Below, in pieces: positions 54,525 to 63,607 of a stretch of 64,000 bases of DNA. Origin of the DNA: an uncultured Bifidobacteriaceae bacterium (lineage in GTDB: Bacteria; Acidobacteriota; Vicinamibacteria; Vicinamibacterales; UBA2999); assembly GCA_964535675.1 (NCBI GenBank), contig CAZHTD010000004.1:31447-95446 (forward strand), in the 5' to 3' direction. Position 1 is the first letter of the stretch. The number at the start of each line of letters is the position of its first letter. Both the position numbers and the translations under genes were made by a program. The notes under the pieces were generated by a model, which ran no database searches, was not told the DNA's origin, and worked only from the letters and a program-made list of their open reading frames with translations.

Positions 54525-55973
54525 ATGGCCGAGAAGAAGAGCTACCACATGTCACCGGAGGACTTCCGGCGGCACGGCAGGGAAGTGATCGATTGGATCG
54601 CCGACTACCACGAGAACGTCGACCGCTATCCCGTGCTGTCGCGCGTGAGACCCGGCGAGATCGCCGACTCCCTCGGCACGGCGGTGCCCACCAAGGGCGA
54701 GGATTTCACCGCCATTCTCCAAGATGCCACGCAGCGGATCCTCCCCGGCCTCACGCATTGGCAATCACCCGGATTCCACGCCTACTTCCCCAGCAACACG
54801 TCAGGACCAGCCATCTTGGGCGAACTGCTGGCCGCCGGCCTCGGGGTACAGGGCATGCTCTGGTCGACGAGTCCCGCCTGCACCGAGGTCGAGACCCGGG
54901 TGTTGGACATGCTGGCCGACCTCCTAGGCCTCCCGGACGCGTACCGCTCCACCGGCAGCGGCGGCGGAGTCATCCAGGATTCCGCTTCCAGCGCTGTGCT
55001 GTGCGCCCTGATTGCGGCGCGAGAGCGGGATTCCCAGTTGCGCACCAACCAGCAAGGCTGCGTCGGCACACAGGTCGCCTATTGCTCTACGCAGGCGCAC
55101 TCGTCGCTGGAGAAGGCCATGGGCATTGCTGGCCTCGGGCGCGTGAACCTTCGGCAGATCCCGGTGGACGAGCAGTTCGCTCTCGATCCAGCCAGCCTGG
55201 CGGCACGGGTCAAGGCTGACAAAGCCCGCGGGTTACGGCCCACATTCGCCTGCGCCACACTGGGCACGACCTCTTCCAATGCGATCGATCCTGTTGCAGC
55301 CATCGGCAGGATCTGCCGCGAGGAGGGCATCTGGCTTCACGTTGACGCGGCCATGTCGGGCGCGGCGGCGATCTGCCCGGAATACCGCCACCTGCATGCG
55401 GGCGTCGAGTACGCGGACAGCTATTGCTTCAATCCCCACAAGTGGCTGTTCACGAACTTCGATTGCAGCTGCTTCTGGGTGGCCGACCGGGCGGCGCTGA
55501 TCAGCGCCTTGTCTATTCTCCCCGACTACCTCGTGAACGACGCAACGAAGAGCGGCGCCGTCATCGACTACAGGGATTGGCAGGTGCCGCTGGGCCGTCG
55601 CTTTCGGGCCTTGAAGCTTTGGTTCGTACTGCGCTACTACGGTGTCGAAGGCCTCCAGTTCCACATCCGTCGGCACATCGAGCTCGCCCGGCGAATCGTG
55701 GGCTGGATCGAGGCCGACCGGCACTTCGAGGTCGTGGCTCGCTCGCCGCTCAACCTTGTCTGCTTTCGCCACCGGGGCAGTGATGCATTGAACGCCCGCC
55801 TCATGAGAGAGATTAACGGCACGGGCGAGGTCTTCCTCACTCACACCAAGCTGAATGGCCGCTTCGTATTGCGGCTGTGCGTCGGCCAGTCCCGCACGGA
55901 GACAGAACATGTCGAAGAGGCGTGGCATCTGATCGTCGCCACGGCGAAACGGTTGCGTACGCGCCGACCGTGA
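54525..55973 (+). CDS. PLP-dependent aromatic-L-amino-acid/tyrosine decarboxylase (group II)
   Basis: 482 aa. HWQSPGFHAYFPS, and the PLP-lysine motif FNPHKWLFTNFDCSCFWV. Confidence 0.9.
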   Translation: MAEKKSYHMSPEDFRRHGREVIDWIADYHENVDRYPVLSRVRPGEIADSLGTAVPTKGEDFTAILQDATQRILPGLTHWQSPGFHAYFPSNTSGPAILGELLAAGLGVQGMLWSTSPACTEVETRVLDMLADLLGLPDAYRSTGSGGGVIQDSASSAVLCALIAARERDSQLRTNQQGCVGTQVAYCSTQAHSSLEKAMGIAGLGRVNLRQIPVDEQFALDPASLAARVKADKARGLRPTFACATLGTTSSNAIDPVAAIGRICREEGIWLHVDAAMSGAAAICPEYRHLHAGVEYADSYCFNPHKWLFTNFDCSCFWVADRAALISALSILPDYLVNDATKSGAVIDYRDWQVPLGRRFRALKLWFVLRYYGVEGLQFHIRRHIELARRIVGWIEADRHFEVVARSPLNLVCFRHRGSDALNARLMREINGTGEVFLTHTKLNGRFVLRLCVGQSRTETEHVEEAWHLIVATAKRLRTRRP

Positions 55974-56018
55974 CGATGGCAAGAACCCACCCCCCCGGGC
56001 GATGTGCCTGCGCCTCCC

Positions 56019-58214
56019 TCAGAACCGGAACAACCGGTTCACCTTGACGATGACGGCACGATTCTGCAAGTGCGGGGTACCTGCCCCCGCCGTGTCGCGC
56101 CCCTCGTTGTAGACGACGAACAGCTCGCTGCCCGGCCGGTACTCCCAGCGGAAGCGCACATTGGTGCCCACCGAGCCGCCGCGCGAGCCGTACTGCACCA
56201 GGCCGCTGACGAACATCAGCGGCGTGATCGTATAGGTGACGCGCGAACCCGCCACGGTGGCGGTGAAGTCGCCCTCCGGCAGCGTCACGCGGTTCCACGA
56301 CAGCGTCGGCTCGATCGCCAGCTGCGGACTCAGAATCGCACGGCCGCCGCTAACGCTCACCGTGGTCTTGTCGCCGGACCAGAAGGTGCCCTGCTCCAGC
56401 GAAAGCGTACCTGATGCGGGCCGCTGGTCGCCGAAGGCATAGCTCACGTTGACCGTGTCGTACTCATACTCGCCGACCTGCAGCGTCACGCCATCGGAAA
56501 TCTCGAACGGGGCGTCCAGGTACTGGAAGAAGTCCTGGTACACCACCGTCAGCACGTCGCTGTTTTCGAAGGTCGTGATGAACTCGAGCTCGTGGCGGCG
56601 CGTCTCGGGCTGGCCAGCCCGGTCCTCGATGTACTGGGTCGACACCTGCCACGACAGCTGGCGGATGGCCGCGATCGCCGTCGGCCGCGGGCTGTAACGC
56701 AGCGCGGTGTACTCGCGCAGGATGTCGCGGCGCGTGAGGAAGCCCGCCTCGGGGCTGAAGTCGCGGCCGATCATCAGGTGGTTCAGCGTGGCGCCGAACC
56801 GGTCACTGTCGTACTGGATGAAGGCGCGGTTGCTCGTGTCGTCGTGGCCGGTCCCGGGGGTGCGCGCCCAGTAGGTGTTGACCGTCAGGTTGTCGCCCAG
56901 CCCGAGCCGTGCGTCGACGCCGTAGGTCTGGTGCGCGCCCGGGTCGCTCGGCGACGTCGACCGGCGGGCGTACAGCACGCCGACCGTGCTGCGCTGCAGC
57001 ACGTCACGCTGGAGCCGCAGCACCGAGAAGTTCGTGGCCTCGATGCCCCGCTCAGGGACCTCGTCGGTCTGGATGCTCAGTGCGCCGATGCCGAACGCGC
57101 CAAGGCGGCCGGTCAGGCGCCCACCGCCCACGATCGGCACTTCCCGGCCCTGATCCAAGCCGACGCGCCGGCTGTAGAACATCACCGGCATGTCGTTGTT
57201 GCCCCCGCCGCCCCCGAACTGGAACAACCCGGCGTTCTCGAGGAAGAACTCGCGCTTCTCGGGAAAGAAGAGGCTGAACCGTGTCAGGTTCACCTGACGC
57301 TCGTCGGCCTCGACCTGCGCGAAGTCGGTGTTCAGGGTCAGGTCTGCGGTCAGGTTTGGGGTCAGCCCGTACTTCACGTCCAGCCCCACGTCGCCGCTCG
57401 GGTCGTTGCGCACCGCCGGCGTGGCGGTCAGGTCGGTCGACAGATCGGTGATGCCGAACGGCTTGATCTCGAGGTTCCGCGACGGGGGTGGGGCTTCGAG
57501 CCCGACCAGCGTGGCGGCCGACGACATGCGGAACTGGCCCTCCTGGCCGAGCCCGGCCGGGGGCATCGCGAGATACGAGAGCTCGTTCCGCCACCGGTTG
57601 TAGCGTCGGACCTGGATGCCCCAGGTCTGGTCCGCCCCCGGAGCGTAGCGGAGCGACTTGAATGGCAGCGCCATCTCGACCGTCCAGCCGCCGTCGAACC
57701 GGCCCGTCGCCACGTCCCACACCGGGTTCCAGTCGCCGTTGTAGTTGCCCTCGTTGGTGATCTGGCCGTCGTTGCGGCCGCCGAGCGGGTTGACCGCGAA
57801 CTGGACACCGTTGCGGCGGTCGTGGAAGGTGTCGAGGGCAACGCTGAACGTCTCGTTCTGCCACGTGTTGTTGCTGTCGCGTCGCATCTCATTGGCCACC
57901 ATCCGGTCTAGGTCGCTCTCCCAGATCCGGGCAGACACGTAGACGCTGGCTTCGTCGTAGCCGACCCAGACGTCGGTGCGTTGCGTGGGCACCGCGCCGT
58001 AGATTGGCTCGTACTGCGTGAACTCGGGCATCGGCGTCCGGTCGTAGAGCGGCTCGCCGAGCCGGCCATCGATCGACAGCGGCGTGGCGACGCGCACCGC
58101 CTGTACGGTCACCTCGCTGCCCGGCGTCACCTCTACCCGCGCCTGCGCGGCTGCGAGGCCGGGGGGGAGCCCGACAAGCAGCACCGTCATCATCCTCCGC
58201 ACGCCGTTTCTCAT
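56019..58214 (-). CDS. secreted DUF5916 / CBM9-like domain protein
   Basis: Real start at MRNGVRRMMTVLLVGLPPGLAAAQA (ATG 58212-58214) in an ATGA overlap with the upstream kinase stop. N-terminus IDGRLGEPLY...EFTQYEPIYG...DVWVGYDEASVYVSARIW is typical of this family. C-terminal ...VNRLFRF. Confidence 0.8.
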   Translation of the reverse strand: MRNGVRRMMTVLLVGLPPGLAAAQARVEVTPGSEVTVQAVRVATPLSIDGRLGEPLYDRTPMPEFTQYEPIYGAVPTQRTDVWVGYDEASVYVSARIWESDLDRMVANEMRRDSNNTWQNETFSVALDTFHDRRNGVQFAVNPLGGRNDGQITNEGNYNGDWNPVWDVATGRFDGGWTVEMALPFKSLRYAPGADQTWGIQVRRYNRWRNELSYLAMPPAGLGQEGQFRMSSAATLVGLEAPPPSRNLEIKPFGITDLSTDLTATPAVRNDPSGDVGLDVKYGLTPNLTADLTLNTDFAQVEADERQVNLTRFSLFFPEKREFFLENAGLFQFGGGGGNNDMPVMFYSRRVGLDQGREVPIVGGGRLTGRLGAFGIGALSIQTDEVPERGIEATNFSVLRLQRDVLQRSTVGVLYARRSTSPSDPGAHQTYGVDARLGLGDNLTVNTYWARTPGTGHDDTSNRAFIQYDSDRFGATLNHLMIGRDFSPEAGFLTRRDILREYTALRYSPRPTAIAAIRQLSWQVSTQYIEDRAGQPETRRHELEFITTFENSDVLTVVYQDFFQYLDAPFEISDGVTLQVGEYEYDTVNVSYAFGDQRPASGTLSLEQGTFWSGDKTTVSVSGGRAILSPQLAIEPTLSWNRVTLPEGDFTATVAGSRVTYTITPLMFVSGLVQYGSRGGSVGTNVRFRWEYRPGSELFVVYNEGRDTAGAGTPHLQNRAVIVKVNRLFRF

Positions 58215-59791
58215 CCCGATCCCTTCCCCACGGCCGGTGCCGTGCGCGCGCCGCGCAGGCCCCGCGCACGCACGAGGGCCACGGCCTGCCCCAAAACTTC
58301 GGCGCGATCCCGGGCGGCGTCCACGGCCACCCAGCCGGGGGGGCCGGCCCCCTGCGCCACCTGTGCGCGCACCACCCGCGCGTCGGCGTCCGACGTGTCG
58401 CCGGTGCGATCGTTCACCCGGTCGACCAGCGTGGCCTCCGGGGCATCGAGCCACAGCCCGACGAACGGCACCCCGGCCTCGCGGGCGACCGCTTCGGCTC
58501 CCTGCCGCTCCGATGCGTGCGCGAACACCGCGTCGAGGATGACCGTGTGTCCTGCGCGGACACTCGTCCGCGCCTGATCCAACAGTGTGCCGTACACGCG
58601 CATGTGCATGGACGGTGAGTAGGCCTCGGGACCGAGGCGCGTCAACGGGCCCACCCGGGCCAACGCCTTGCGCACCTCGTCGCTGCGCAGCACCACGGCC
58701 CCCGGCGGCCCGCCGAGCCCGGGGGCGAGCCCCCGCGCCACCGTGGACTTGCCGGTGCCCGAGAAGCCGCCGATGGCCACTAGACCGGGCGGCGGCGGTG
58801 ACAGGAGCCGGTCCGCCAGCGCCAGGTACCCGGCGGCACGCGCCTCGCCCGCCCGCCGCCGCGCCGGGTCGTCCTGCAGCGAGGCCGCCGTGGCGCTGGT
58901 CTTGGCGAGCACCGTGGCCCTGCACGACAGGAACAGCGGCGCCAGCCGGATCCCGCCGAGGTCGCCGGTGCGTGCCAGGTACCCGTTCCACACGGCGTTG
59001 GCGTGCTGCGACAGGCCCCGGTGCCAGAGATCCATCACCAGGAACGCCAAGTCGTAGTGCGTGTCGATGCAGGAGAACTCGTCGTTGAACTCGAGGGCGT
59101 CGAAGATAGTCGGCACGCCGTCGAGAAGCACGATATTGCGGAGGTGCAGGTCGCCGTGACACTGGCGCACGAAGCCGGCCTCCCGCCGCTCGTCGATCCA
59201 GACGCCGTGCGCGACCAGCGCCGCGCGCGCGCCGTCGACGGCGCGTCGCCGGGCGGCCGGGTCAAGCGTGCCGCCGAACTCGTCGAGCCCGTCGGCGTTG
59301 CCCTCGATGATCCGCGCCATCCCGGCGCGGCCCCCCTGATCGCGGCGCGGGGCGGCCTCGGCGTGGAACCGGGCGACAGCTGCGGCCAGCGGCCCCATCA
59401 ACGCCAAGTCGAGGGCATCAGCCTCCCCGAGGTGCTCGAGCAGGGCGGCCTGATCGAAGCGTCGCATCTCGACCACCCAGTCGACCGCCGGGCCGTCGCC
59501 GCCAAGGGCCACGCCGCCGCCGGCCGTGCGCGTGACCGGCACGACCCCGAGATACAGGTCCGGGGCCGTCCGGCGGTTGAGGCGCACTTCCGCCTCGCAG
59601 CAGACGCGCCGCCGCACAGGGGTCGAGAAATCCATGTAGTCGTAGCGCACGGCCCGCTTGAGCTTCCAGGCCCGATCGCCAGCCATGAAGACGATAGCCC
59701 CGTGGGTCTCCACACGCTCCACGGCGGCGCCGCCGTGCGTCGCCGGGGCTGCGAGCAACGCCACCACTTCGGCCTGATCCTCGACGATCAT
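58211..59791 (-). CDS. bifunctional APH-like kinase / P-loop (AAA_33-type) ATP-binding protein
   Basis: 526 aa. N-terminal half ETHGAIVFMAGDRAWKLKRAVRYDYMDFSTPVRR and catalytic loop HGDLHLRN. C-terminal Walker A GFSGTGKST. Confidence 0.8.
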   Translation of the reverse strand: MIVEDQAEVVALLAAPATHGGAAVERVETHGAIVFMAGDRAWKLKRAVRYDYMDFSTPVRRRVCCEAEVRLNRRTAPDLYLGVVPVTRTAGGGVALGGDGPAVDWVVEMRRFDQAALLEHLGEADALDLALMGPLAAAVARFHAEAAPRRDQGGRAGMARIIEGNADGLDEFGGTLDPAARRRAVDGARAALVAHGVWIDERREAGFVRQCHGDLHLRNIVLLDGVPTIFDALEFNDEFSCIDTHYDLAFLVMDLWHRGLSQHANAVWNGYLARTGDLGGIRLAPLFLSCRATVLAKTSATAASLQDDPARRRAGEARAAGYLALADRLLSPPPPGLVAIGGFSGTGKSTVARGLAPGLGGPPGAVVLRSDEVRKALARVGPLTRLGPEAYSPSMHMRVYGTLLDQARTSVRAGHTVILDAVFAHASERQGAEAVAREAGVPFVGLWLDAPEATLVDRVNDRTGDTSDADARVVRAQVAQGAGPPGWVAVDAARDRAEVLGQAVALVRARGLRGARTAPAVGKGSG

Positions 59792-59810
59792 GCTGATCGA
59801 ACTATTCTAT

Positions 59811-59820
59811 GGGGGGGGGG
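59811..59820. repeat. G10 homopolymer in a 75-bp divergent intergenic region
   Basis: Direct reading: ...ctattctat GGGGGGGGGG ccggaaccc..., lying between the kinase start (59791, minus) and the SBP start (59867, plus). A CCTCCCCCC run sits at 59841-59849. Confidence 0.95.
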
Positions 59821-59866
59821 CCGGAACCCGTGGCAACGCGCCTCCCCCCTGCGCTAAGATCCAGCC

Positions 59867-61711
59867 GTGGCGGCAACTCGCTCCCTTCTGCGATGGCGGG
59901 CGTGGCTCGGCGTGGTACCGATGGTGGCCCTGACGGGCTGCTCGGGCCTCGCGGGAGACGGCCAGTACTTCGGTGCCATCACCCCGCCCGAGGGGCAGCA
60001 CCTCCGCTACATCTCGGGCTCGGAGACCCAGACGCTGGATCCGCACCAGGGCGTCGGGCAGCCTGAAGCCCGGATCTACGCGGCGCTCTACGAGGGGCTA
60101 ACCATCTACGACCCGCAAACCGCGGAGCCCTACCCAGGCGTCGCCGAGCGCTGGGAGAGCAACGGGGACAACACCGAGTTCACCTTCTACCTGCAGCCCA
60201 ACGCCCGCTGGTCCAATGGAGACCCGCTCACCGCGCAGGACTTCGTCTACTCGCTGCACCGGGCGCTGGCGCCCGACCTGGCCGCGCGGAGTTCGTACAT
60301 GGGCTACGAGATCCTCTACGCCCAGGCCTACAACACCGGTCAGGCCTTCGTCCGCGACCCCGAGACGGGGGCGTTCCTCACCGAGGCCGATTCGAGCGGC
60401 ACCGAGGTCGACGGGTTCAGCCCGCGGCTCACCGTGTCGGCCGACCCCGAGGCGCAGGGGGCGGATCCGGTCCTCTCAGCGCTGCTCGTTGGCAAGGAGC
60501 TCGTCCCGGTGAGGGCCGAGGACATCGGCATCGAGGCGCTCGACGCGCGCACCATCCGGTACCGGCTCGTCCGGCCCGCGCCGTACTTCGTCGGCATGCT
60601 GGCGCACCAGTTCTTCATCCCCGTCCACCGCGCCACGGTGGAGCAGTACGGCGACCAGTGGGCCCGCCCGGGCACGCTTGTCGGTAACGGCCCCTTCCTC
60701 CTCGACGCCTGGCGCCCCTACGACCAGATTCGCGTGGTCCGCAATCCCACCTACTGGGACGCGGACACCGTCCGTCTCGACTCCATCACGTTCTATCCGC
60801 TGGAAGACGCGACGACGATGATGAATCTCTACAAGGCCGGCGAGGTCGACGCCGTCTTCAACCACGTGCCCCCGGTCTCGTGGCTCGACGTGATCGAGCC
60901 GCTGGCCGACCACATGGATGAGGCTGAAAACACCGTCGAGTACTACGGGCTCAACGTGAACCAGCCGCCGATGAACAACGTGCTGGTCCGCAAGGCCTTC
61001 AACGTGGCCATCGACAAGGCCGCGCTTGCCGCCTTCAAGCGCGGAGTGTCGATCACAGGGTTCATGCCGCTCGGCATCTTTCCCGGCTACCCGACGGTGG
61101 AGGGCGACGTGTTCGACCCCGAGCGCGCGCGCCAGCTGCTCGCCGAGGCCGGCTACGCCGACGCCCAGGGCAACTACGATCCGTCGACCTTCCCGATCGA
61201 CGACGTCGAGATCCTCTACAACACCGCTGAACGCAACCGCCAGACGGCCGAGTTCATCCAGGCGGAGTGGCGCCGGAACCTCAATCTCACCGTGCCGCTG
61301 CGCAATATGGAGTGGCAGACCTTCCTGGCAGACGGCTACAGCCACCAGTACAAGGGAGTTATCCGCGCGGGGTGGGTGGGTGACTACCTCGATCCCTACA
61401 CCTTCCTTGGGCTGCTGGCCGACCCGAACAGCAACATGGTCGGCTGGGATGACCCGCACTACCGGGAGCTCCTCGCGGAGGCGAACTCCGAGCCCACTCA
61501 GACACGGCGGTACGCGCTCCTGGCCGAGGCCGAGCGCTACATGCTCGACCAGCAACCCGTGATTCCGCTGATTGCCCCGACGACCAACTGGATGAAGAAG
61601 CCGTATGTGCAGGGCCTCTACCCCAACCCGATCACCATCCACTCCTGGAAGCACGTCTACATCGAACACGACCCCGCACGCTGGGACCTGCCCGCCGAGA
61701 CCATCGACTAG
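59867..61711 (+). CDS. family-5 peptide ABC substrate-binding lipoprotein
   Basis: 614 aa. Lipobox VALTGC/SG. SBP_bac_5 body (e.g. WSNGDPLTAQDFVYS). Confidence 0.9.
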   Translation: MAATRSLLRWRAWLGVVPMVALTGCSGLAGDGQYFGAITPPEGQHLRYISGSETQTLDPHQGVGQPEARIYAALYEGLTIYDPQTAEPYPGVAERWESNGDNTEFTFYLQPNARWSNGDPLTAQDFVYSLHRALAPDLAARSSYMGYEILYAQAYNTGQAFVRDPETGAFLTEADSSGTEVDGFSPRLTVSADPEAQGADPVLSALLVGKELVPVRAEDIGIEALDARTIRYRLVRPAPYFVGMLAHQFFIPVHRATVEQYGDQWARPGTLVGNGPFLLDAWRPYDQIRVVRNPTYWDADTVRLDSITFYPLEDATTMMNLYKAGEVDAVFNHVPPVSWLDVIEPLADHMDEAENTVEYYGLNVNQPPMNNVLVRKAFNVAIDKAALAAFKRGVSITGFMPLGIFPGYPTVEGDVFDPERARQLLAEAGYADAQGNYDPSTFPIDDVEILYNTAERNRQTAEFIQAEWRRNLNLTVPLRNMEWQTFLADGYSHQYKGVIRAGWVGDYLDPYTFLGLLADPNSNMVGWDDPHYRELLAEANSEPTQTRRYALLAEAERYMLDQQPVIPLIAPTTNWMKKPYVQGLYPNPITIHSWKHVYIEHDPARWDLPAETID

Positions 61712-61715
61712 GTAG

Positions 61716-62636
61716 ATGGTGCGCTTCGCCCTCCGGCGCCTCGTCATCACGGTGCCGATGGTCCTCGCGGTGGTGTCGCTCACGTGGGGCTTGATCCGAC
61801 TCGCCCCCGGTAATTTCTACGCGACCGAGCGCGCGCTGCCAGCGGCCGTCGAGGCCAACATCCGTGCCAAGTACGGCCTCGATCAGCCGTGGTACGTGCA
61901 GTACGGCCGTGTGCTCGCGAATACGATTCGCGGGGACTTCGGAAACTCGCTCCGCTACCAGGGCCAGTCGGTCAACGAGATCCTCCGGGCCACGGTGCCC
62001 GTGTCGGCGGCGCTCGGCGTGGCGGCCTACGGACTGGCGCTGCTGATCGGCATCCCCATTGGCGCCGTATCGGCCACACGGCAGAACTCCGGCACCGACT
62101 ACGCGTCGATGGCGTTCGCGATGATCGGAATCTCGGTGCCCAACTTCGTCCTCGGGCCACTGCTGGTCCTCGGGTTCGCGCTGAGTTGGTACTGGCTGCC
62201 CCCGGCACGATGGGAAGGCTTCTTCAGCCTGAACACCATCATGCCGGTCATCACCCTGTCGGCCGTGTACACCGCCTACATCGCGCGCCTGTCGCGCGCG
62301 GGCATGCTCGAGGTCATGCGCTCCAACTACATCCGCACCGCGCGCGCCAAGGGGCTTGACGAGCGCACGGTGATCGTGCGGCACGCGCTGCGCGGCGGGT
62401 TGCTCCCGGTGCTCTCGTTCTCAGGGCCGGCGCTGGCGCTGCTCGTCTCGGGCACCGTCGTGGTCGAACGGATCTTCGCGCTGCCGGGCCTCGGCAACTA
62501 CTTCATCAACGCGAACCTGAACCGCGACGAACCGCTGATCATCGGGATCGTGGCCTTCACGTCGATCGCGGTCCTGTTCTTCAATCTGCTCGTGGATGTC
62601 GCCTACGGGTTCGTCGACCCGCGCGTCCGCGTCTGA
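61716..62636 (+). CDS. peptide ABC transporter permease (OppB-like)
   Basis: 306 aa. MVRFALRRLVITVPMVLAVVSLTWGLIRLAPG, YIRTARAKGLDERTVIVRHALR. Confidence 0.92.
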   Translation: MVRFALRRLVITVPMVLAVVSLTWGLIRLAPGNFYATERALPAAVEANIRAKYGLDQPWYVQYGRVLANTIRGDFGNSLRYQGQSVNEILRATVPVSAALGVAAYGLALLIGIPIGAVSATRQNSGTDYASMAFAMIGISVPNFVLGPLLVLGFALSWYWLPPARWEGFFSLNTIMPVITLSAVYTAYIARLSRAGMLEVMRSNYIRTARAKGLDERTVIVRHALRGGLLPVLSFSGPALALLVSGTVVVERIFALPGLGNYFINANLNRDEPLIIGIVAFTSIAVLFFNLLVDVAYGFVDPRVRV

Positions 62637-62653
62637 GCCGGTCCCGCGCCGCC

Positions 62654-63607
62654 ATGGCCCCCGCCCCCACGCCGCGCGCCGCGAGCCCCGAGCCGGCCGT
62701 CGGCACGTCACTCTGGCAGGATGCCTGGCGGCGGCTGCGCCGCAACCGCCTGGCAGTCGTCGGTATGGTGTGCACCGCCGTGGTGGCGCTGGCCTCGTTC
62801 GCCGGTCCGCCGATCATCGCGGCGGCCACCGGCTATACCTACGACTACATCCCGCCCAACCAGAGCCTGGTGCGGTCCTTTGCGCCCTTCACCGCACCGG
62901 ACGGCGGCTTCTCATGGCTTCATCCGATGGGCACCGACGAGGCCGGCCGCGACATGTTGGCGCGCGTGCTCCTCGGCGGCCGCATCTCCCTGATGGTCGG
63001 CGTGATCGCCACGCTCGTGTCGCTCGTCATCGGGGTGGCGTATGGGGCCACCGCCGGGTTTTTCGGCGGCCGCATCGACGACGTGATGATGCGCATCGTC
63101 GACATCCTCTACGCAATCCCGTACATGATGATCGTCATCGTGCTGCTGGCGTTCTTCGGCGGCCAGTCACCCCTCTCGCAGCTCTTCCTGCTGTTCGTGG
63201 CCCTTGGGGCGGTGTCGTGGCTGACCATGGCCCGTATCGTCCGCGGACAGGTGCTCTCGCTCAAGGAGCGCGAGTTCGTCCTGGCAGCGCGGGCCGCTGG
63301 CACCCCGGCGGGACGGATCATCTGGCGGCACCTGATTCCCAACGCGCTCGGCCCCGTCATCGTGTACGCCACGCTGACGGTGCCGAACGTGATGCTGCAG
63401 GAGGCGTTCCTGTCGTTCCTCGGGCTCGGTGTGCAGGCCCCCTACACCTCCTGGGGGAGTCTCGCGGCCGACGGCATCCGGACGATCGCCATCTTCCCGT
63501 GGCAGCTCCTCTTCCCGGGCGTGACGATGGCCATCACGCTGTTCTCGCTGAACTTCCTCGGCGACGGCCTGCGTGACGCGCTCGATCCCCAGATGCGGAA
63601 AGCATGA
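62654..63607 (+). CDS. peptide ABC transporter permease (OppC-like)
   Basis: 317 aa. [47 protein letters not shown]. Confidence 0.92.
   Translation: MAPAPTPRAASPEPAVGTSLWQDAWRRLRRNRLAVVGMVCTAVVALASFAGPPIIAAATGYTYDYIPPNQSLVRSFAPFTAPDGGFSWLHPMGTDEAGRDMLARVLLGGRISLMVGVIATLVSLVIGVAYGATAGFFGGRIDDVMMRIVDILYAIPYMMIVIVLLAFFGGQSPLSQLFLLFVALGAVSWLTMARIVRGQVLSLKEREFVLAARAAGTPAGRIIWRHLIPNALGPVIVYATLTVPNVMLQEAFLSFLGLGVQAPYTSWGSLAADGIRTIAIFPWQLLFPGVTMAITLFSLNFLGDGLRDALDPQMRKA

Noticed and set aside
56019-59162. 1047-aa minus-strand ORF fusing the DUF5916 protein to 316 extra N-terminal residues
   Set aside because: The extra part is R/G/A/P-rich nonsense that overlaps the kinase gene in another frame. 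A clean signal peptide starts at MRNGVRRMM (ATG 58214), in an ATGA overlap with the kinase stop.
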